A stretch of 50,172 nt of DNA, filler included, from Stramenopiles sp. TOSAG23-2 (lineage: Eukaryota), in the NCBI GenBank assembly GCA_900128395.1. It is 2 parts of 2 records of this genome, joined end to end, with 100 filler letters (N's around TTAATTAATTAA, not from the genome) between each part and the next. Parts side by side here need not be neighbours in the genome. Positions count along the whole stretch, not along the records: positions 25,144 to 50,172 come from LT649457.1; 1 more part is not named here. The stretch is one strand, 5' to 3'. The notes below the pieces were generated by a model. It worked only from the letters and a program-made list of their open reading frames with translations. It was not told the DNA's origin and searched no databases. The position numbers were made by a program, and so were the translations under genes. This document shows, in pieces, positions 33,624 to 44,478 of this stretch. Position 1 is the stretch's first letter. Each line of letters starts with the position of its first letter.

Positions 33624-35459
33624 TTAATCCGACTCTAAACGCAAACCCTCTAAAAACCATTGTGGCAAATCATCGTCATCACAATTTTCAAAAAAATCTT
33701 TTAAACGTGTATGGAAACATAAAGGTTCGACTACATGTCCTGGTACAACGTCTGTTACAGTTAGTATAACCTCATCAAATTTGCCAGGTGCATCCTCATC
33801 ACTTCGCCTTACTTTGTTTGCATTTAAATCATCAACAATATCTTTAAAAACGTTGCTTAAAAAATACGTCCCTGTAGAATTATGACCATGCCGGTTGGCT
33901 CTACTGTTATTTTCAGGGACGAGATCACTATTTACATTGTCCAAAGGGCATTTAAAACATTGCCTTTCATCTAGGGTAACTGTTATATTACCAGACCATG
34001 TCTTTACATCAAACCATTTCCTACTTTTATTTTGGCCATCCTTACCTTTCTCATCTTTCTTTCTATTATTTCTTGAGAAGCGACTCTTTTTCTTTTTGCT
34101 TTTCTTCTTATCATGGTCCTCGTCTTTTTCCCTCTCGTCATCCTCCTTCATTTCATCTATCTTTAAGCCATCCTCTAATTTTTTTGTTATTGTTGCATTT
34201 AAAGCATTCCAAATGTATACTTTGTGTGGATTTGAATCATCCTCAATAGCAATTTCTACATGATTTTGCATTAAACGATGTTTTTTCACACTTCCATATC
34301 CTTTATCGATTATACGTGGCGCCATACCGGGGTTACTTCCCCACCCTTCAATACATGGTTTTTCCGTTGCTATCCATAGCGGATCGTCAAATTTATCTTC
34401 GTAACATAAATCCAAAACATTTACATCTTCACCTCCTTCAATTTTGCCAATTAAATTACTCTCCCCATTTGAAAAAGATGTTTGAAAAATGTTATTATCT
34501 TTACCAGAAGAATATACAAATTTATTGTCGTTTGAAATAGCAACTGCGAAAACACTGTCATCGTGTGGCGATGATGTAAATAAACATTTATTCGTTCTTA
34601 AATCCCACGCTTTGACAGTATTATCAGAGCTAGCAGATACAAATATATTATTGCTATTATTGAGCCATTTCAAACAACGTATGTAATGATCATGGCCCTC
34701 AATTTTTACATTGCTATTATTATTTTTCCCATTAGTTCGCACGTCCCAGACATATATCATCTTTTCTAACCCACCAGTCACAATTGTGTTCCCATCATTA
34801 CTTAAATCAAGTGCATATAGTGAATTTTTATGTTTCCCTACTACATGTGGTTTTCCAAATTTCGCAAATGGTTTACCTTTTTCGGTGATATCCCAAACCA
34901 ATAATTGGCTATCTAAACCGACAGAGGCAACAATATTTTTCAAAGGTGAATAGGAAATTTTTTTTACATAATCTTTATGGCTAGCAACTGTACAAATAGG
35001 ACGCGTAAAGGGGATTTGCACCTGTTCGCCACGTGCATCGTCTAAATTTGCTATTCGCCAAAGCTTCATTGTTAAGTCATGCGAAGATGTTATTAAAGTT
35101 TGGTAATCTGCAGTACAGGCAACGCCACTTACCCAACTATCATGACCTTCAAAAATTTTACGACACGTAAGTGAGCTACCAACGCCTCCTTTCTCCTTGC
35201 TTACTTCCCACTGGCGCACAAAGCCATCACGACCACATGTAAAGATTGAATCCAAGGGGGCGACAGCTAAAATACCATTTATACCACGTCGATGTTTACC
35301 ATATATATTCGTGATTTTTTTATTATCATCATTAAAACTACATGGAAAGGTTAAACTAACTCGTTTACGTCGATTCACTTTTTTATTATTATTATTTTTA
35401 TTATTATTATTATCCCCAAAGTCATCATCGTCATAATATCTCAATATCCTCGTACTCAT
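33624..35459 (-). CDS. WDR48: WD40 protein, WDR48/UAF1-like
   Basis: HRRGIN..IFTCGRDGFVRQW, HDSWV..SSHDLTMKLW, HKDYVK, HKNSLYAL..TGGLEK..WDVR match WDR48 repeat order; start at 35459 chosen over 35519 (uncertain). Confidence 0.7.
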   Translation of the reverse strand: MSTRILRYYDDDDFGDNNNNKNNNNKKVNRRKRVSLTFPCSFNDDNKKITNIYGKHRRGINGILAVAPLDSIFTCGRDGFVRQWEVSKEKGGVGSSLTCRKIFEGHDSWVSGVACTADYQTLITSSHDLTMKLWRIANLDDARGEQVQIPFTRPICTVASHKDYVKKISYSPLKNIVASVGLDSQLLVWDITEKGKPFAKFGKPHVVGKHKNSLYALDLSNDGNTIVTGGLEKMIYVWDVRTNGKNNNSNVKIEGHDHYIRCLKWLNNSNNIFVSASSDNTVKAWDLRTNKCLFTSSPHDDSVFAVAISNDNKFVYSSGKDNNIFQTSFSNGESNLIGKIEGGEDVNVLDLCYEDKFDDPLWIATEKPCIEGWGSNPGMAPRIIDKGYGSVKKHRLMQNHVEIAIEDDSNPHKVYIWNALNATITKKLEDGLKIDEMKEDDEREKDEDHDKKKSKKKKSRFSRNNRKKDEKGKDGQNKSRKWFDVKTWSGNITVTLDERQCFKCPLDNVNSDLVPENNSRANRHGHNSTGTYFLSNVFKDIVDDLNANKVRRSDEDAPGKFDEVILTVTDVVPGHVVEPLCFHTRLKDFFENCDDDDLPQWFLEGLRLESD

Positions 35460-36152
35460 CGTTATAAGTATAATATATATATATTCTTCTTCTGATCTTA
35501 GAACTATCGTATCTTGCATCTATATATACACACACATATATATATTATATAATCATTTAAAACTCTTTACTCTTCATCTTTCCAATGTACTCTATAATAT
35601 ATTATAAATATATAATTCATGAATATATAAAATAATAATAATAATATGAAGAAGTATAATAATAATAATAATTTTTTTATATAATAATTCTAAAAATAAT
35701 TCCCAGGCACAGAATAAAATGATTAAAGTCTAGATCTAATTGTACTGATAAGCCCCCTATCAGTTTGGATATTGTACTATACAGCTATACAGTAGCTACT
35801 TGGTACTGTACCTGGTATTGCATTGTGCTATTATTATTAGCAGTTGTGCAGTTTAAGTTGTTAAAATATTTATATTAGTTGCATTCTAATTCCAGCATAA
35901 CACAGAATAAGAAGAAGATGATAGTGATATAATACCACCAAATGTACTACTTACTATTATATACTGTGAGAGCACTAGAGTAAAAACTAAAAACAATTAT
36001 TTGTTATTATTGTCATAATTTCATCATAATCATTCCACACAATATATTCCATGAAGACAAGAATAGTTTGATTTCTTATTATCAATCAATCACTTCCCTC
36101 CCTTCCCCTCTTACCATTTTGAATTAATGATAAATAAATTATATATATATAA

Positions 36153-37484
36153 ATGGGGAACATAGAATGTTTTGGGGATAGAGATGATGAGTATATCGAT
36201 GAAGAAGGGGATACTGAGATGGTTATGTTGTTAAATGGGGAAGAAGTGCCTGTATCTGAATATAATGAAGAAACGGATAAGAATAATGCTATTTTTATGT
36301 TTCGTGTAGGTTCAACAACATTGGCTAAACGTGCTGTATCGGAAGAAAAATTCAAATCTGAAGTACAAACTATAACCGATGACAGTTGGGTATTGCCTGA
36401 GCGAACTAAAAGTGTTGTATATAAAGACTCGCGTCAAATAAATTTAGAAAGATTAAAATCATATTTTAATGATGATTCTTCCTCAGACGAGGAAGATGAC
36501 CTTAGTGATATAGATGAAGAAGAAGTGCAGGTTGAAGAATATGATGAGAATGAAAATGAAAAAGAGGAAATCGAAACAAAAAATAAAAATAATAACAACG
36601 ACAATAATAATAAAGAAGATGTCGAAATGAGTAATTTTGTAAATAATGAGAATAAATCAAATTCACCTGCACCAATATCAAATACTACTACTACTACTAC
36701 TAATAATAATAATAATATAAAAGCAACAAAAACTATGGCTCGACGAAAAAGCAAAGAACGAAGAGCATCAGTTGTTGCAGAAGATCTTGTATCGCCAATA
36801 CAAAATGTTATATGTGAAGAACTTGTTAGGGCTATATTGGATAAAGATACATGGGGTGCATGTATAGCTGATTTAAAGCAATATAAATCAAAAGTATATA
36901 AATTTGCAAATCCAACATCAAGTAATGTATTAGCATATAAATTAGTACATATTGTTGAAGGAATACCATATGATGTAAATGAAGCATTAAATAATGTAAA
37001 AGAACGAAAAAGTTGGGATTCATCTTATAAGGATGTAACCTCGTATAATATTGAAGGTTGTATATCTACAGATATTTTGCATTCTCGTTTTAAAAACTGG
37101 CTAATCCCAAGTTTTGATTTTGTAGATTTTCGTCGTACATGGCATGATGTTCCATTATTTAATGAAAAAGGGGAAGAGAAAAAAGCTATTGTAGTTGGTT
37201 TTGTAGATGCTGATGGGCATCCAAAAGGTAAACCAGTGGAATCAGGTTTCAACCGTTGCCACTCAAAACGTCCAAGTGGTATGATTTTTGAAAATTGGAA
37301 GGTGAAAGAATTCCCTAAACGTAAATTTACAAGGATAACATATTTTACTGTGAATAGTACCACTGGTATACCACCACCTGCTTTTATTGCAGATTCCAAT
37401 ACAATTGCATCTTGCAAAGCATTTAGAAAAGGACTAGATGCATATATGAAGAAAACACGGAAAAAAAAAGGAAAGAAAAGATAG
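36153..37484 (+). CDS. START-domain lipid-binding protein with putative N-acylation and polybasic C-terminus
   Basis: MGNIEC N-terminus; RKSWDSSY, FDFVDFRR, FTRITYF START-like motifs; KKTRKKKGKKR tail. Confidence 0.7.
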   Translation: MGNIECFGDRDDEYIDEEGDTEMVMLLNGEEVPVSEYNEETDKNNAIFMFRVGSTTLAKRAVSEEKFKSEVQTITDDSWVLPERTKSVVYKDSRQINLERLKSYFNDDSSSDEEDDLSDIDEEEVQVEEYDENENEKEEIETKNKNNNNDNNNKEDVEMSNFVNNENKSNSPAPISNTTTTTTNNNNNIKATKTMARRKSKERRASVVAEDLVSPIQNVICEELVRAILDKDTWGACIADLKQYKSKVYKFANPTSSNVLAYKLVHIVEGIPYDVNEALNNVKERKSWDSSYKDVTSYNIEGCISTDILHSRFKNWLIPSFDFVDFRRTWHDVPLFNEKGEEKKAIVVGFVDADGHPKGKPVESGFNRCHSKRPSGMIFENWKVKEFPKRKFTRITYFTVNSTTGIPPPAFIADSNTIASCKAFRKGLDAYMKKTRKKKGKKR

Positions 37485-37583
37485 AAGAGCCAATGAATGT
37501 ATTAATATATTTTGATGCTCTTGTGTTTATTGTATTTTACGTCGTATTTTGTGTGTCTACGTGGGCGATATACCTTCCATTTT

Positions 37584-38060
37584 TGTACGAACGTGAATTA
37601 TTCTATAATATCTAATATTTTAATATTTTTATTAAAATATTTAATTAATATATTAAAAAATGATTATATCATATATTTATATAATACGTACGAGGTATAT
37701 TCGTATATATATATGCATATATATATCATACTTTTGAAGAGTATGCATAGGAATTACGTATGATATAATTTATGAATTACTTCTCGTACCGATTCGTACA
37801 AACGTATGAATTATGCGGGTAAATATATTTAAAATTTTTACTTCGTACGAACTCGTATTCGTAAAATATACACACACAGATATATATATCAATTATATAC
37901 GTATGATATGATATAATACTGATATATATTATTATATTTTTTGATATAATAGGTTGAATTATTATTATATTTTAATATATACGGTTCGTATTATTAAATA
38001 TACGCGTACGATTCGTACGTACTCGTATATTTTACATTTTTTAAAAAAATTATACGTCCG
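37584..38060. repeat. AT-rich intergenic tract with dense CGTA/TACG motif cluster
   Basis: More than 15 CGTA/TACG words, including TACGGTTCGTA (37980) and TACGATTCGTA (38007), between convergent genes. Confidence 0.75.
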
Positions 38061-38279
38061 AATCCCAATTCCTTATACTCTCACAAGGTGCCATGAGAAA
38101 ATACTTATCTTTTTGAGCCAACATTGATATCTATCTCACAATTACGTATGTGTCAATAACACCATAACAGGAATTAACGATGAGGTAAATTATTTTTAAG
38201 TTTTATGACACATATATTTTTAAAAGTAAATTTAGAGATACAAAACATTGAGTTAGAATCACTTTCTCTAACTTTTTTT

Positions 38280-39383
38280 CTATAATTTCGACTCTTGCCG
38301 ACGTGCTTTTCTATCTTTTGCTAAATTCATATTTTGTATTTGAAAACTTGTACCATTGCCAACCATTTTTTCAACGACGCGTATATCGCGTTTTGATAAA
38401 ACGCTTTTTGATAGAGAATTTTCAAATGATTTATCAAATGCAGATCTTTCCAACATAGGTATAACCCATGCTGGTGTAACAGCACATAAAATTGCTGCGC
38501 GATCTTTTCCAGAAATATTTGTTTCTGGAGCTAAACGATGCCATAATCTAGAGTCATATATAAAAGCACTTCCAGCTGGTGCTTCAACATGTACAACATC
38601 CCTATGAACGCCTTCACCAATTTTAGTACCTCCAATATTTATATCTTCTCCATATTCTTTCCAACCTGGACCATGTTTTCTTAAATGAGAGCCAGGTATA
38701 AATTGTGTACCACCAGTGGAAGCTTTAAAATCGTCAACACATATATTATATTGCACACCAAGTGCTGGATATTCCGGCCATTCGTCATCTGAAAACCTCC
38801 CAAGCCTATATGGATAATCAACATGCCATCCGCCTTCTGGAAAGGTCCCCTTCAGCTTTTTAACTGGTCGTAACACAGTCAGCCAAGGAATATGTCCTTG
38901 ATGTATATGTTTAACGCCAAGGTAAGATTTTATCACATTCATAGCGATTGGATGAGCAGAAGCACTGGCTATTTCTGGCGATTCATGGATAGAATTTGGC
39001 ATAATAAATCGATCATCATAATCACCAACGCCTAAATTTTTTCGCTCCGTTTTCACATAATTTCTTATATTTACAAGTTGTTTTTCGTCCAAAATATTTT
39101 CAATAATCGCATAGCCAATAGTTTGAAGCTCCTTTACATATTGCGAAGGCAATTTTGGTGAAGCAGAAATGATATTCCATTCATTCGGATGTTTCATATG
39201 AAATGTTACATTTATATTTGCTACGCTTACAAATTTCATTGCTTTATTATCTTGTTTCCATATACAGTTATCACCACAGTCATCATATGTTTTTACTTGT
39301 TGATGACTGTTATTGTTGTGTTCATTTACACCAAGATATTGCCCTGATTGTATGGAACATATTAATCTGTATGATTGGTTCAT
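38280..39383 (-). CDS. Phytanoyl-CoA dioxygenase (PhyH)-family Fe(II)/2OG enzyme, PTS1 -SKL
   Basis: GYAIIENIL, WHVDY (HxD), GGTQFIPGSH, AGSAFIYDSRLWH; ends ESKL. Confidence 0.9.
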   Translation of the reverse strand: MNQSYRLICSIQSGQYLGVNEHNNNSHQQVKTYDDCGDNCIWKQDNKAMKFVSVANINVTFHMKHPNEWNIISASPKLPSQYVKELQTIGYAIIENILDEKQLVNIRNYVKTERKNLGVGDYDDRFIMPNSIHESPEIASASAHPIAMNVIKSYLGVKHIHQGHIPWLTVLRPVKKLKGTFPEGGWHVDYPYRLGRFSDDEWPEYPALGVQYNICVDDFKASTGGTQFIPGSHLRKHGPGWKEYGEDINIGGTKIGEGVHRDVVHVEAPAGSAFIYDSRLWHRLAPETNISGKDRAAILCAVTPAWVIPMLERSAFDKSFENSLSKSVLSKRDIRVVEKMVGNGTSFQIQNMNLAKDRKARRQESKL

Positions 39384-39938
39384 ATTCTACTTATATTGGG
39401 GAAAGTTTTAATAATCAGTCTGTAAGTAATATTTTTAAAAAATGAAAAAGTTAACATATGATGTGGTATGAATCGATATAGTTATTTTATATCAGGTATG
39501 ATCTGTATTTGCATGCAATGCTTGTACTAATTTGACATACAAATTAAAATGTTTATCCAATTATTTCGTAAAGCAACCTAAAGCGGAAGAAAAACAATAA
39601 ATAAATACACGAGGTTTTTGATTTTTGATGATATTAATAGCTAATATCAGTACATTTACTATATGAAATATCCCGTCAAGTATAATATTACGGGGATTTT
39701 TTTGTTGTGTTGTTTTATTATTTCAATTATGTTGGCTGGATTAGACGGAGTTGCCAGACGACACACCCATCATGAAGAACTAATCTACTAAAATACTATT
39801 AATATTGTTATTTAGTTTAACAAACAATACACAACAGATACAAACATAAGATATAGATAGAGCTAGTCGTCTATAGATATATAAACAAAGAGTAACCACA
39901 TTTGGGGAGAAAACAACAACAACGTTTGAAACAAAAGA

Positions 39939-40508
39939 ATGCCAAAGCCAACAGTTACGGTATATGGAAAACAAGCAAGTCGAACTTCACGTGTGACTTG
40001 GTGTTGCAGAGAACTAGGAATTGAATTTTCGCATATTACAGAACATGCGCCTTTAAAGTATAATCCAAATGATCAAGTACCTGTTGTAAAAATTGAGGAA
40101 GAAGGTAAAGATCCCTTTACTCTTTATGAATCGTTTGCTATCAATAACTATTTATGCAAAAGGTTCCAAAGCAAAATGGCTGCTAAGTCACCAGAGGAAG
40201 AAGCGAAAATGCAACAGTGGTCACTGTGGGCAATAACTGAACTTGAAGCTATTGTTTTAAAAAATTTGGAAACAAAAGCTGATGTCGCAACGGAGCTAGA
40301 GAACCCATTGACAGCGTTTGACAAAGAACTAGAAGGCAAGCAGTATCTTGTAGGCAATAGATTTACTATTGCAGATTTAAATGTTGCTAGCATTTTAGTC
40401 AATTGGGGTAGAAATTTGGATTTATCGAAATATCAAAATGTCAAACGTTGGAGCGATAGTATTAATTCAAGAGAGAAGAGAAGACCGCCGAGGAAAGCAA
40501 AATTGTGA
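39939..40508 (+). CDS. Glutathione S-transferase, PTS1 -AKL
   Basis: SRTSRVTWCCRELG, NPNDQVP, LYESFAINNYL, YLVGNRFTIADLNVA; ends KAKL. Confidence 0.9.
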   Translation: MPKPTVTVYGKQASRTSRVTWCCRELGIEFSHITEHAPLKYNPNDQVPVVKIEEEGKDPFTLYESFAINNYLCKRFQSKMAAKSPEEEAKMQQWSLWAITELEAIVLKNLETKADVATELENPLTAFDKELEGKQYLVGNRFTIADLNVASILVNWGRNLDLSKYQNVKRWSDSINSREKRRPPRKAKL

Positions 40509-41134
40509 ACGACGTACGTATATAAGACACAAATTATTGATTGTCATATTTGTGAACATGGAGAAAGGATACATCCCTGATTACCATATTCATGTTCATT
40601 TACAACATCTTCTAGTACACGACAGAGAGAGTAATATAATTATATATATATATATATATATACGGATCGTATAATAAATAAAATAAATATAATATTATAT
40701 ATAAAAAAGATATTAGCAACTGCATTATAATTTTTTTACTTTGCACCTTTCTGGCGGCTTTCAACCTTCTTTTCTTCTTCCTCCATCCATGATAAACTAA
40801 TTTTATATAGTCTATGATTGAATATAGGCAGAGTCTATACTTGAACTACACCAGCACTAGCACATTATTTCACCAGACTGTTATACTACTGGTAGTCTAT
40901 GCTGGTGGTGGTATGATGATAATAATAAAAAAAACAATCATCAATAATAAATAAACACGAAATAATAGACTTATTACGTATTTACTTAATATAAAATAAA
41001 TACATAAGTCTAATATATATTCAAAAGCAACGTAAATTTACAAAACTTTCTTTCTGGCATATGATTACCGTATTATATATCTAGTTTGTGAAAATATAAT
41101 ATTTTACTTTGTTCCCAATTTTTGAATTTACAGT

Positions 41135-42580
41135 ATGAGCTATAGCAACACTTCTTCCTCGCCAAGTTATAGTGGTGGTAGGCGTCACAAAATATGCATG
41201 GTATCAGACTTTTTTTATCCACGCCTTGGAGGTGTTGAAATGCATTTATGGTCTTTATCTCAAAATCTATTACGTCTTGGACATAAAGTTATTGTTGTTA
41301 CACATTCATACAAAGATAGAATGGGTGTAAGGTATATGACTAATGGTTTAAAAGTATACTATATACCGCTGCCATTTGTTGAAGATTTTATTCCATTTTT
41401 GCAAAATAGTACGGACCAATTGTCAATGCCAACTTTTCAAGCGTGGTTGCCTTTATTTAGGAATATATTAATTCGAGAAAACATTTCAATAGTACATGCA
41501 CACCAATGCGTATCAGCCATGACGCATGCATCCTTGATGCACGCACAGTCGATGGGTTATTACACTGTATACACAGATCATTCATTGTTTGGTCTAAACG
41601 ATTTTCCAGGTATACATTTAAATAAATTACTCAAATTTACTTTGACTGGTGTTGATAACTCTATTTGTGTATCGCATACATGTCGAGAAAATTTAGTTTT
41701 ACGTGCTTCTTTAGATCCTAAAAAAGTAGCTGTGATTCCAAATGCGGTTGATACAAATAAATTCGTTCCAGATATGCGAGTTAGAAATGGGATCAAATCT
41801 AATATTATCAATATTGTTGTAATCAGCCGTTTAGTATATAGAAAAGGTATAGATTTGTTGGTAGATATTATTCCAAATGTTTGTGAACAAGTGCCAAATG
41901 TAAATTTTATTATAGGCGGTGATGGACCAAAACGTTTAATTATAGAAGAAATGATCGAAAAATATGAATTGTACAACCGAGTAGAATTATTAGGGCAACT
42001 ACCACATGATAAAGTTCGTGGGGTCTTAGTGAAAGGGCATATATTTTTAAATTGTTCATTGACAGAATCTTTTTGTATAGCCATTTTAGAAGCTGCTTCT
42101 TGTGGATTGTATATTGTGAGCACATCTGTTGGTGGTATACCTGAAATTTTGCCAAACGATATGGTAACATTTGCGGAACGTACATCAGCTATCAGTTTAA
42201 CAAATGCAGTATTGAACTCATTAAATGTAATTCATAGGATAAATCCATTGGAACATCATAAACGTGTAAAGAAAATGTACCATTGGCGTCATGTCGCCGA
42301 AAGGACTGTGACAGTGTACGATGGTTTAAGGAAAAAACGACCTCTGTTTTTTTACGAAAGGGTCCTTACAATGCTTAAAATCGGACAATATTTTGGTATT
42401 ATTTCTATCATAATCATTGCGTTAGATATGATGTTATTACAAGTTATAGATTGGATTTATCCAAAGTCAGAGATAGAGCGTGCACCAGATTTTCCTACTA
42501 AAGATTATGCTCGGAATTTGAAGCAAATACATTTAGATGATAAAATACGAAAGGGTAATACGAAAAGTATTAAAAAATGA
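41135..42580 (+). CDS. PIGA: GPI-GlcNAc transferase catalytic subunit PIG-A
   Basis: ICMVSDFFYPRLGGVEMH, GVRYMTNGLKVYY, TDHSLFG, SRLVYRKGIDLL, SLTESFCIAILEAASCGL; C-terminal TM. Confidence 0.97.
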   Translation: MSYSNTSSSPSYSGGRRHKICMVSDFFYPRLGGVEMHLWSLSQNLLRLGHKVIVVTHSYKDRMGVRYMTNGLKVYYIPLPFVEDFIPFLQNSTDQLSMPTFQAWLPLFRNILIRENISIVHAHQCVSAMTHASLMHAQSMGYYTVYTDHSLFGLNDFPGIHLNKLLKFTLTGVDNSICVSHTCRENLVLRASLDPKKVAVIPNAVDTNKFVPDMRVRNGIKSNIINIVVISRLVYRKGIDLLVDIIPNVCEQVPNVNFIIGGDGPKRLIIEEMIEKYELYNRVELLGQLPHDKVRGVLVKGHIFLNCSLTESFCIAILEAASCGLYIVSTSVGGIPEILPNDMVTFAERTSAISLTNAVLNSLNVIHRINPLEHHKRVKKMYHWRHVAERTVTVYDGLRKKRPLFFYERVLTMLKIGQYFGIISIIIIALDMMLLQVIDWIYPKSEIERAPDFPTKDYARNLKQIHLDDKIRKGNTKSIKK

Positions 42581-42991
42581 TACGTATTTAATAAATTATG
42601 TCCCTATAAAATATAATATGTAGTACGTCGTATTAATTATAATGCATTAACTTATTTTTTAATTTACTCATGATAATTCCTACTCTCCAAAAAGAATACA
42701 ATAACTGAGACAATAATAATCTATCTCACTAAACTGAAAGATGGACACAATGAATTGTAACATTGCGATAAAGTTCATTGAAATCCACAGAGTGTCATTA
42801 TACGCATTAATTGAAAACCGTGTATTGTTCAAAGGTGTGTGATACATCGTACCGTGGTAGAGTATATCGTGATCCTTCTTGCATATACAGTTTAAAGTGC
42901 AATGAATATGACTCGCATAAAAGTCAGATATATATACGTATATATTATTTTTATATAAATATGTCACACACACGCGCGCGCGTATTCTTCG

Positions 42992-43966
42992 TCATTTATC
43001 TTGCTCTCCCTCATTTGTGTTGTTCCACTTCTCAACTTTTTTAATAGAATCTCGATAAGCTTTATTTTGTCGAGATATTTTTTTCATTGAATTTATAGAC
43101 TTTACTTTAGAAGACAATTGAGACAAGCTTAATTTAGACGATTTTCTCTTCTTTTTTTTCTTTTTTTTCTTTTTCTTTTCTATTTCTTGATCGATAATTT
43201 GTACTGGGTCTTCTTCAACTTCTGTTCCCTTTGATGATTGATTAATATTTTCCTCATTTAATTTATCAAAAATTTTATCAATTTCTTTTTTTGCCATTTG
43301 TAACGAATTTGGTTCATTTGCTACATCTATTGTCGTCTCCTCCTCCTCCTTCTTATTATTATCAACATTAGTATTATTATTATCAGTTTTATCATTACTA
43401 TTATCATCAACTTTTGGAATGCTTGAACTACTTTTATTATCAGTGTTACTAGTCGCACCAGCATTGTTACCTTGTATGCTACGTGCATCGTTTTTCTCCT
43501 CGGTATTGGTGTTTTCATTGATATGGTTAACTTTTATAACACTATCTTTAACGTTTTGTATTTGTTTTTTAGTCTCTTCCTCACTATTATTATTATAACT
43601 GTCAATGATACTTGGGATCTTTTTTTGGTTATCTGCTACCACCATTGGATGATTGTTTATTCTATCTATAGTATCAAGTGAAGCTTCTCTATTGACTAAA
43701 TGTCTTTGCATTTCAATAACCTGTAACAAAGTTTCTTCAAACACTTGTTTCAACGAACTTTTATTATCCACTTTTTTGAAACTCATATGGTTAGTGTTAC
43801 CAAGTTCCCCTTCACTATATAACAGTTGACTTTGTCGTCGCAACTTGAACGCATCATCATATTCAACAACAAGACTAGTAGAACATAAAATTGCTGCATA
43901 CGCAGACTGTAACTCCTTTCGGCAAGTTATTGCCGCCTCTAACGCAATTTGATGTTTGTCATTCAT
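42992..43966 (-). CDS. Hypothetical protein, low complexity, poly-Lys tract
   Basis: 324-aa ORF with genome-typical Asn/Glu/Lys runs; no recognised domain. Confidence 0.65.
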   Translation of the reverse strand: MNDKHQIALEAAITCRKELQSAYAAILCSTSLVVEYDDAFKLRRQSQLLYSEGELGNTNHMSFKKVDNKSSLKQVFEETLLQVIEMQRHLVNREASLDTIDRINNHPMVVADNQKKIPSIIDSYNNNSEEETKKQIQNVKDSVIKVNHINENTNTEEKNDARSIQGNNAGATSNTDNKSSSSIPKVDDNSNDKTDNNNTNVDNNKKEEEETTIDVANEPNSLQMAKKEIDKIFDKLNEENINQSSKGTEVEEDPVQIIDQEIEKKKKKKKKKKRKSSKLSLSQLSSKVKSINSMKKISRQNKAYRDSIKKVEKWNNTNEGEQDK

Positions 43967-44230
43967 GATAAATGGATATATGTTGGTGAAATATGTTGGA
44001 GGTGCTTTTGTTTTATTAGAAGCATTTTGATATATAGGTGTCTTTTATAACGTGAACATTTATATATATATACAGTCTAGCAGTATATTATCTATTAATA
44101 TAAAATAAGAAGACTCTAATAGTACAACAAGTATACTTATATACTTATTATAAGTATAGTGATAGCAACTTAGACTCCTGATTTAGATTTTTGATTACTT
44201 GGTACCTTAATTAAATTATGAAAATAATTA

Positions 44231-44320
44231 GCCACTGGCCTAGCCAGGTTAGCTGGCTGGGCTGGCCCTAAGGCTGGCTAAGAAATAGAGCAATAGAGCC
44301 TGGCTAGCCCAGGGCTAGCT
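44231..44320. promoter_or_regulatory. GC-rich, CpG-free GGCTGG/GGCTAG motif cluster, candidate promoter element
   Basis: GCCACTGGCCTAGCCAGGTTAGCTGGCTGGGCTGGCCC..GGCTGGCTA..GCCTGGCTAGCCCAGGGCTAGC, about 270 bp upstream of the 43966 start. Confidence 0.4.
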
Positions 44321-44478
44321 ATATACGAGGTATATATTACAATACCAGGTATACTGTATATATATAATTTCAATAAATAAGACCTAGAGCTTCTCTGAAC
44401 TCTGGGCACCATAGATCTGTGCATCTTCCATTTTTATTATTAATAATATTTTTCATCTCTCTCTTCTTTTTCCTTTTC

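Noticed and set aside
42860-42910. U1 snRNA (CATTGCAC and GATCACG on the minus strand)
   Set aside because: Motifs are in the wrong order and there is no 5' ATACTTACCTG
44385-44400. U6 snRNA (CAGAGAAG on the minus strand)
   Set aside because: Flanking U6 sequence (GATACAGAGAAGATTAGC) is absent
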